DNA of 59,469 nt, counting the filler, from Sphacelaria rigidula (Eukaryota): the NCBI GenBank assembly GCA_964200075.2. It is 4 parts of 4 records of this genome, joined end to end, with 100 filler letters (N's around TTAATTAATTAA, not from the genome) between each part and the next. Parts side by side here need not be neighbours in the genome. Positions count along the whole stretch, not along the records: positions 44,679 to 59,469 come from CAXNAA020002047.1; 3 more parts are not named here. One strand, given 5' to 3'. The position numbers and the translations under genes were made by a program. Position 1 is the stretch's first letter. Each line of letters begins with the position of its first letter. Below, piece after piece: positions 50,301 to 59,469 of this stretch. The notes below the pieces were generated by a model. The model saw only the letters and a program-made list of their open reading frames with translations. It was not told where the DNA came from and searched no databases.

Positions 50301-53300
50301 ACCTTCATTTCCTCTCACCTTGACTCACGACTCGCTGCACCGCACGCTCTTTTTCCGGTTCAAAGTCTCAATGTAGATGTCACTAAAAAAGCAACTGTTT
50401 TGTAAGTGAACGGATATGACAGTTGTCCCTCGCTACTCACAAAACGGAACATCACAAATCAACTCTTTGACTGCCACGGTAGGTGATGTGCTGAATCGGC
50501 ATCGTCTTCAATAGAAAAACGAGTGCATGGCTTAGATCACCTACGCTGGCGGTCAAACAGTTGAATCGACCACCGTTCTTCCACATCGACATGCATTGAC
50601 AATCGACAACATCGCTCTCGTCCCGCTGCAGCCACCATACATTACACGTGACCTTTTTCATACCACCTCTGTTTCCGTCTCTCCACTCGATATCCGTTCC
50701 ATCGAGCCCTTCCGCTCATAGAGCTGTTCGGCTGTTCAAAGTACCCACCGCTCGGAATTCGTATCGTCATTGTCACCGAGGATAATCAGCCAGCCACAAT
50801 CAATATGCACACACACAGACACACACCTCCTCGTGTGCACGCTTAGGATCCTTGCCCTCTGCGATCGCCTGCAGCTCGGCGTTGGGAGGGACTCCGATCT
50901 TGCGCATCTGAAGCCTCAGTCGCGCGATCGTCACAAATTCCTGAAAAAAAAAAACAAGTTTGTTTCATCATCGACATCACGAGGCAGGTGGGAAGGTGGG
51001 CCGTTGCGCAAAAACGTGCACGCATTTCCCTCCCTATGTTTTCCGTTGCCTTCACTGTCTCTCGCCACTCATGATGTGCACCACCAATGACTGCACCTCT
51101 CATCTCTAACGTGAACCAATGATTCGAGCATTTTTGGTTTGATTTCAAGACCGAGTCACGGACTCTTTAACGCAAGTACAAGATAACTTGTGAAAAAAAA
51201 AAAAAAGGTCACATGATAATAAACGATGCATGAAAAACCTGTTGCGCACATGAAATCTTGAGCGAAGGGTGTAGATGATCCCCCCCACACCCAAGGTGAA
51301 CAAAAAAATTGCAACTTGGGAATGGCCGCCCGCTGATAGACTGCTCACCGAGTCGGCCTTGCGATATCGAGCACAAGGTGTAGATTTTTAGTGGTACGCT
51401 TTCGTGTCATGAGAGTGCTTGTGCCGACTGCCAGAGTGCTGCACGTGGCATACAGGGCTCACGGCTCGAAAAATGTTGCATCTTGGAGAAAGAAAATATA
51501 TATGGAAAGCACCAGGACTTCAAGAGGGCTAGTTTGAAGAGAAGAGGAGTGAAGACATGCATGTTCATGTTACACGGTACGCACACAAGCCTTGTAGCGT
51601 ACAGACCTCCGTGAACCAAAGTTGACAGCTTGCGATTGGTGACCCTTGGGCAAAACACGAACCTACCCCCGGTGTTCTCTCCGGTGCACGTACGGCGAAA
51701 CCCATGGGCGGACCCCATTAGATATGAACAAAACACATCACATCATCACATGGAATCTAAACATACTGGTATAACCGTACAGTTCTACAACACGCCCTCT
51801 CTTTGAAGGTAATGTTCTGCTGGTGGCGTCCTACTTACCCCGCACGAGAAAGCTCTCCGGCTACTCTGTGTGGGTTCTCGCACATGAGGAACGGATGTTG
51901 AACGCCCTCCCCCACGAAATCCCGACCAGATCAACGAACCTACAATACTTCATGTATTCCACGGTGGGGCCGTTTGGAACACGAGGAAAAGCAAGCAAGG
52001 ACTACACTTCGCTTTGTTCTACACGTGGAAATCTGTTTGAAGAGTCAGTCGTATGATGAGCTGCCACAGTGCGCAAGGTATACGAAAAACCACGACCGAC
52101 ACACTGCCGGAACGATAGACATCGACCGCCTCCGTCCATCTGGACCAACGAAGACAAAGAACGCAGGGTAGACAGACCATACACACACAAACACGCACAC
52201 ACCTCTTTTTTGACCGCCTCGTCCAGCTGCTTCTGGAGGGTGGTGTACGGATCTCGGCGCCGAAGCTTTCGGGCGCGAGCGAGCATGGCCTTCGCCTCTT
52301 TTGGCTTGCCCGTCCTCGTCAGGTGAGCTGCTTGGTTCTCCGCCTTGCCGATGTCCATCCACAGTTGCACTCTTGCCTGTGCATCCACCAATCAGATACA
52401 CGTAAACACGAAACACACAAAAAAGGTACAGATAGTACAGCGGTGTTAAAAGGTAGAAAACACATGACAGAACACAAACGCCTCACGCGTAGGCTACTTA
52501 CTGATCCTGTTTCATTTGAAAAAAACTCTCACCCACTCAAAACCTCACACCTGATATCTGCAGTCCAGAACCGTATGGTTAGTGTCATTTCTGATCAAAT
52601 CACACACATCGTCGTGCCATTACACCTTTCTAATACTCTCAAAACGACGCCATCACGGAAGGGTTTTGAGCTCGTCGGGGGTCAAGCATACAACGAGAAA
52701 CGTTGAGCGTTCACATCCACGGGCGATAACATGGGGTGTGACCTCGTGCTTGGTATAAATTCGAATCACCAGCAGAGCCCACAACGGAACGTTTGGGGGG
52801 GGGGAGGGGGTGAAAGGGGATACAAGAATCAATTTCAACATTGATCAACCGACGTCAACCACGACCTGAGCTTTTTCAACAAGTAATGTTGGTTGATACA
52901 TTTTAAAATTGGTTCTTGTAGTGTGACGTCATTGGCTATCGCTCCGACAGAAGACAGCCAGTAGTGTTCCTTCGAATGGGACGTTGGTTTGTTCCACTTC
53001 TCTCGTACCCACTCCTCGTCCCCCGTCGAAAAAAACAAGATATAGACTCGTTTGTTGTAGTTTGTCAACTCCTCAGGCATGAGGCCACCTTTCGGAACAA
53101 TATCTCCAGCTGGTCTTTGACGCCGGTAACCCTGACGTTACAATTGAGCAGCTGCTGTAACTATTCTCTGTTCGCGAGCTGCAACAGCAATGACAACATG
53201 ACGTATACTCTGCGATGTCGTAAGCGCCAGCGGTTGCTCTTCACATAGGATCAATGGTTGACGTAGGTTATATAACCGTGGCAGCTCGAGCCGAAGAGGT

Positions 53301-56300
53301 TAAACATTGCATGTTGGCAAAAAAAAAACATGCGAGACCCGTCCCAGCGCTTTCGGCAAGGCCTTCACAATGGAGCATGACGGAAGGCGCACGACTAGCT
53401 TGGGAAACAGACTCTGTCGTGAGCACGATGAAGAACCAGGACCACCAAAGCGATAATGAGAAGTCGCGAACCCCCTCACGACACTTCGACCATGAACGCA
53501 ACACCCGGGGTCCCTCCCTCCCTCCCCGGACAATCAACCTATATGTACCTTGTTGTGCCACAGGCAACCGTACTCCAGCAATTCTTCATTCGTGTGTTCC
53601 CAGTTCTACGCGCGTCCAAATCTTGTAGACGGGGTCGCTGCCTCTTTGCTTTGAGTGGTACCACCTGTGGAGGGTCTACTTGTACAAGCTACTGTTCATT
53701 GCGCCGTAAACGATAACGAAAGGCTAGCCCCAACGGGTGTATCCTGATCTTAAACGGTAACGGTCCCCCACGAAGAGCAAACAGCAGGCAGCAAGCACAT
53801 GATATACTGATCTACTCAATGTTCCGTTGCAGTATAGAGACGCAAGGGATAGATCCCAGACCGTGCGAGGCTGGTATTCCGACTTTGGGGTTCAGACACA
53901 ACGGCACATACAGAGCCATCCTCTCGTTGCGATGGCTTCAATCTCGGCCTTTGTTTCACGAGTACCCCGAAAGTAGACCCGACCGTTGAGTTTCCCTACA
54001 CGATCGAGTGCGAGTATGCAAAGCTGGCTACGGGGACGGGCGGTTACATGTACCGGCATTTTCGGAGACGAGTACCCATCAATTCGCCGAGCAGAGGAAG
54101 GAGAGCACATGTCGGACATGGTATGAACTACCTGAATATCACTTGCTTATTACTATACCGGTCCGGATCATGAGCCAACTCATCCCGCCTCTTTTTACAA
54201 TTCAACGAACTCCCGGACGCAAAGAACGCAGAGTAGCACAAAGCTAGGCTCTGGCTTCCCGACTCTCGCAGTCACGTGTTTCGCATTTTTCGACAATGGT
54301 CTGAGAGTCCTCTTCGATAAGAGATTCTGGGTAGATGAGGAGCTGTCGGAAGTGTGAATAGAGGGTACGAGATCGACAACGATCAACGCAGAAACATGAC
54401 GTCACTTCACACCACGATACGGGGGAACAGAGAAGTCGCGACAAACCGGTCGAACAACTGCTTTGTTCGTTGAACCTTCCTCGATTGATCTTGTTGGGGA
54501 TACACGTGCGGTGCCTCGTGCTCGGCCACTCATGAATATATATTCTTCTTGTACTACCGCACGACATTCGGCTCTCTGCGTGCTCCCTCGCTTGAGACAC
54601 GCTGCTATTTTACTGCTGGATCAAAACTTGCACGCATCGGAGGCAAAAGAGTGAGCAAAAATCTGCCCGATAAACGACGATCATGTACTGATATCGTCGT
54701 GGGGTGCGGAGTCAGTTACTTTGCACCTTTATGGCCATCCCATGAGATGGGTTTGGGACATTGAAGCTAGAGTTATCGGAGTGCGGCTTGGGATCCGCTG
54801 GCCAGGCTCTGCAGACTCTCTCCCTGCGTCGCGATGACTGGCCCTCCACAAAGGTTCCCAACACTTCTGACTGTACTCTTAACCGCACACAGCGGTCAGA
54901 CGTCCTCGTTGCACAACAACGCGGGTGAAAAGAACATGAAGACAACACACGAAATGTACGGTACAAGTACTCCCAAGGCATTGTCGAGACGTTAGGTCAT
55001 AGTTTAATCTGGAGGAAACGTTAGTCACGCAAATGCATAACCTCCCGTAGGAACGGTGGTGTAACAGAGAGCCCACCACCGTCTGAGTGGAGAGTAAAAT
55101 AGCATGTGTCATCACTAGTAGTACCGCCTGGACTTTCGCTCGAAGATGCGACTTCCGAGTTGCACCTCTGACTGTCACCTTGTGCTGTAATGCGTGCCTG
55201 ATTGAACGTCAGAGGGCGACTCTTTCCAACAACTGCCCGCAAAGTACAGCACACTAGATATAGTCCTTACACAACAAAGCGACAGATGGTCGAGGTCACC
55301 CGAAACATAGCTGTCAAATCGACAACACCAAAACTACGTCGGTGCGCTCAACAAAGTGGATTGTTGTACGGGTTTTTTTAACGACGACGATACAGCCCAG
55401 ACACTGGAGTCCAGCAGTTCACACGACAAGTATGCAACCGCAACCTGTACAAGACACAGGAACAACCGCACCCTTGAACGAATAAATCCAGGAAAGAGCC
55501 GGCGACGGGAATCTGATGACTACGAATAAATATACTCGAAATGGTGTGGAGGGGGAAGGTCGGGAGTGGAGAGGGGGGAGGGGAGAAGAGGGAGGTGCAA
55601 GGTTTACTCCATTACCCGGTCTATCGGCCTCAAGTACGTGCGTCATCAGATCTCTTCTCAAACTATCCATCATAATAGACGAGTCTGACAGGACAACGGG
55701 AGTGGAAAATGATCACGACCGTTTTTCCTTCTGTACCTCAATTGAAAAGTTCACGTTTAGTGAGTGCGTCGTGAGCGAGCAAGTACGAGGTACTCGCGAA
55801 CTGCAGTGCCCCCAGCAAAGCACTCATGACTGTCCCGTTGTAATGGACGAGGGACGTACAAGTGCTGGTGGGACGGGGTGAAATCGCGACCCGTATACTA
55901 CTAGATGTAGACGTTAACGAAGAGAAAGTAGAAAAAATCTGGGACTGCATCATAATGGACCGTGTTTTCAATATGTGCAATTTTCATATTTCGAGATGTG
56001 CATGTAATACCCTGCTGTGCTCACCGACAGTACGGCGAGCACGATGTGCTCTGCTTACCCTCTGTACATGTGGGGGACCTACAATTGGGGGAACGTCACA
56101 CGAGGCTACTGTGTGGGAGGGGAGGGGGGGGGGTGGGAGCAACGACCTCGACGCGATCGGGGGGACTACATACCTCGTTCAGAATTAATACAAAAATTGG
56201 AAATTCAGCCCAGAGCACACATACTGTACGGAGTAAAACGGACACTTCGCCTCGCAGCTTTGTGTGGTCCTACGGAACATGAATGAAAGAACTTGAAAGC

Positions 56301-56941
56301 TCAGGCATACATGCATGCGGGTGTCCGTGTCTTCCACTAATACAATACCGAAAGGCGCCATTCCGAGCCCCAAAAATCTCATGAACACCCCCTCCCCTTT
56401 CCTATTCCCCTCCCTCGCTGTGCTCATCCCAACTCACCTCTTCATCCATCATTGGCGGCACCTCAACCTCAGGCACGGCGATTTCATCATCTTCAGATTC
56501 TTCATCAGCATCATCTTGCGAAAGCTGCTCTCCACTGGCCTCATCGCCTTCCTCCTCCCCCTCCGTCGCGTTCAAGATGAACCAGGGCCGCACGCGCGAT
56601 ACGGGAGTAATGGGAGTGCTAGGAGAGGTATTTAGCGGTACCGTTTGTTGAGGCCTGATCGCGGGCAATTTAGCGGACGCTTTCGGCCCCGCAGCCGCCT
56701 GGGTTGCACGAGATCGCGGCTTGAAAAATCCAGTAGCAACGGGTACTTGCTCCAAGAACGACGCAACGCAAATCAACAAAGCACACACTGAGAAAGTGGT
56801 AGCTGAAATATATACCGATGCCCGGTGTCGCCGAGAGCTCCTCACTCTCAGCGATGGTGTTGTTCGTGGTGGTGTTGGCCTTGTTGTGCTAGTGTGAGTA
56901 CTGGCGCCGCATGGGCATGGTGGTGAAAGAACGCGTCTCAT
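46190..56941 (-). CDS. UVR (UvrB/C coiled-coil) + ApaG/DUF525 domain protein with putative bipartite plastid-targeting leader
   Basis: Confident exons: 56941-56438, 52376-52203, 50940-50827, 49975-49845, 48951-48798, 47065-46946, 46351-46190 (stop). Tentative small exons 56269-56225, 56078-56059 and 53131-53089 are phase-compatible. The UVR motif [27 protein letters not shown] spans an intron. The ApaG domain reads [38 protein letters not shown]...[10 protein letters not shown]...[27 protein letters not shown]...GRMKGSYLV...[10 protein letters not shown]. Confidence 0.85.
46855..46905 (-). mobile_element. Very short LINE 3' tail fragment in the last ApaG-gene intron
   Basis: G-run followed by GCGTACTCATTTGTTGCTTGCCTCAGT. 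Confidence 0.6.
47299..47335 (+). repeat. (CAA)n microsatellite in ApaG-gene intron
   Basis: About 12 perfect CAA units. Confidence 0.9.
47940..48625 (+). repeat. Pair of ~140-bp direct repeats flanking ~400 bp, in ApaG-gene intron
   Basis: ACCGCATCCACAACTCTGCAACGTGGGCCTT..GAAAAT..CC.GAAGAGGTGATCA...TTCAAGTGCGAAAC.ACCAGCAGACA...GATTTACTGCACT at ~47941-48080 and ~48485-48625. Confidence 0.75.
49305..49400 (-). mobile_element. LINE 3' tail fragment in ApaG-gene intron
   Basis: GGGGTGTACTCATTTGTTGCTCGTCTTAGTCGTTCGACCATTCACCACGCATC, flanked by GCGGGG(G)AGGGG on both sides. Confidence 0.7.
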
Positions 56942-58164
56942 GTTGGCGTACTCTCGTTTCTTTGTAGGGTGTTGAATGAATGCCGTGTTCTACCGACTGT
57001 TTGGCGGTGTCGATCGATTTCGGCTGCCCAACTACAGAGTGTAACACGGATCCCTAGCTCCGATAATTCTCCCGTACGCGGTGAAGAGAAGAAGGTGGCG
57101 GGTGATGCTGTGTACGGTCGAGCTGCGTTATGTAGCTGCCGCCTGCTTGTCCTGTCTTGCCCTGGCAAACGACCTCTTCTTGTGGATGCAGGAGTTTGTC
57201 GCGCACTTTCCCCCTCAACTGGCCGCTGTGAAGTTTTTTCGTTCGACTTGCTCTTTGAGTAAAGCAAGTTCAAGTGGTACAATCAGTGTACTGCGTGAAA
57301 ACCGACAATCCACAGAGCTGTTCCCCCTGTTCTCGACAAAGTCGTCCCCAGAGTCTCCAAAATTATACTAATAGTAGGTTCGCTCGCCCCGTTGTGTACT
57401 ACTAATCAACGCACGCTACTGACTACGATGAATTCGTATGATGACTCGTAAAGATTAGAGCAGGTTCTCGTAATAAGCTGGGCCTGTCAGTCTCGGTACT
57501 GACTGGATTGCCTGGTGCGTGATTTAGCGTCACGTTTTTTACCACCCCTGAGTAAACGAACGAAATAATCAAGGGGGGAAAAATGAATCAATGCAACATT
57601 AAATCCCAAATCTCCGTATCCAAAACGAAAAATAGGCACGTTTTATATACCCTCAAAAAAGTAAAACGCAACTGTGCATGAACCCCAGCGCTCATCGGTT
57701 ACTGGTAGTTATCCAGGGCGGTCACAGCAAACGTACTTGCTACTCAAATTGAAATGTCATTTTCCATTCGATTCTTCGATTCCTCATAAACCGACCAAAC
57801 CAACGTACGCAGCTCACACTCTGGACAACGGACACAATAATAGTTCATTGCTTCAGCAATAGACACGGGGAAAAATCTATCGATATATACTATCGAATAC
57901 GATAGATGGCGAAACACATCTACTGATAATGTATTGCAAGGGACAACAGATGTTACGATAGTCGATCGATAGCCTTTGGCAATTACAATAGAGAAAGATC
58001 ACTCGCCATCGATGGACATCGTGTACCGGAATAGATTATTATGGGTTGTATATACCGATAGATATTGCCGTAATCAATAGGTTCGGTGAGCCATCCCCAT
58101 CCATCGATAGTCATTGCCGTCATCAATAATAGATTAGGTGAGGTAATATAGTATAGTTGATTTC

Positions 58165-58578
58165 TAGAGCTCGGAGTGGGTACCTGTAGTTATAACTGAC
58201 CATCATCATCATTATAACTTGATTATAATGGTGTTGTATGAAAAAAATGGATAATGGTAAGAAAAAAGGGTACCAGTTGTATCAAACCAACTTTACAAGC
58301 CGTTACCGGCTACGTATGCTACATACAGCCCTCGAAAATTGGTCCAAATTTGACGTATTTTTTAGCTCTCTTGGAGCCAAACCGCATATGAACGTGCCTC
58401 CGGCACGGCGCCTCCAGCGGTGCCCTCCAGAGGCGCCCCCTCTGCCAGGGGAGGCTTTTTGGCTCGCGGCTGCGCCGCTCGATGACCAAATCATGATGTA
58501 CCATTTAACTGGTTGATGAGTGCGATACGCGTAACCATTCAACTGGTTAATGGTTAGGCAAACCGCTTCCGAGCTCTG
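58165..58578. mobile_element. hAT-like MITE (~414 bp)
   Basis: TIRs TAGAGCTCGGA ... TCCGAGCTCTG, with a perfect 8-bp TSD TTGATTTC at 58157-58164 and 58579-58586. Confidence 0.8.
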
Positions 58579-59469
58579 TTGATTTCAGACTGTATGACGC
58601 ACCTCATATATATGGGTGAAGTCGGCGAGAACGATCCCGAGCGTGGCGGGAGTTCCCGCCTGTTAGATGCGCTCGGCTTTCTGTGTTGCCCCTTTCAATC
58701 TCGTCTAGATTTATTTGGCCTCCTCAAACCAGTCATTTTGAGGGGGTTACGAATCGCGGCATTACTCATCAAATGCTCACGCCGATTGTTCGGGTCAAAC
58801 TCTGAAGAAATCCCCTCATATACTGTCTGTGAAACATACATAGCGGAACTTTCGATGGGTGGGGACTTGCCGTTTTTGCTTTGGTTTGTTCCCCACCTGA
58901 TCAATATTTTGTTCAACCATGTGATATCGCGGCATGACTCACTGGGAGCACTAATACCTATCGAACTGCCAGATGATCTGACCTCCTTTTCTTTGTACGA
59001 CGTATAATGGGGGAAACCGTCAAAGAGGCTTCATGGGTCTATGGTGCAAATCAGTGGAGATGCGACCACACCGAAATTCTCATCACCGAAATACCACAGT
59101 TTGGGGTAAAAATTGATCCCACCGTTCTCAAATCTGTTTCTTCCGTTAGATTCCCCAGCTGTCGATGGTTGGTTACTGCTAATATCTCAAGCATGTGGGG
59201 ACTTGATTAAATATCAGGTCAGGAATTCGTATTTCCAATTTCATATTAGTTTGAAGGGCGCTGATCCGTTGAGGTACATTTTCGCTCTTTTTAGCGCCAC
59301 CACTGTACGATCTGGGCCAGCCTAGAGGCGGATTTGAAGTTTGCAGGCCCATGCTCTTTTTTACATTTAGAGTTGGACCCTGGAGTTTGGTATGGACAAT
59401 GCATATAGGGCACGAAAAAAAATTACCTCGGTACCAAAAGTTTTTTTTTTTCATGAGTTGAAGGCATTT

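Noticed and set aside
15068-56941. Functional clustering of the SSD, DCAF and ApaG genes
   Set aside because: They lie on different contigs joined artificially.
58579-59345. 142-aa plus-strand ORF and neighbours
   Set aside because: No recognisable motif or splice signals; it lies among transposon ends.

Overview
Eukaryotic, intron-rich DNA, most likely from a brown alga (Phaeophyceae). This is inferred from the many short GT-AG exons, a bipartite plastid-targeting leader, TTAGGG-type repeats and the repeat families. The window is not one locus. It is four contigs of near-identical length (14794, 14792, 14792 and 14791 nt) joined by artificial 100-nt spacers (N44-TTAATTAATTAA-N44). Splicing by hand on the minus strand gives three genes that the ORF track shows only in fragments. 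(1) A 17-exon, 490-aa, 3'-truncated Dispatched/Patched-like sterol-sensing-domain (SSD) gene with an intact GIGADDIFVF motif (25741->15068). (2) The first exon of a DCAF8/DCAF6/WDTC1-like WD40 gene (31433->30987). (3) An apparently full-span gene for a putatively plastid-targeted UVR coiled-coil + ApaG/DUF525 protein (56941->46190; three internal exons tentative). The rest is transposon-derived: LINE fragments whose 3' ends abut C-rich tracts, hAT-type non-autonomous elements, a TGT...ACA MITE family carrying telomeric repeats, other MITEs and very decayed transposase relics. No rRNA, tRNA or CRISPR was recognised.
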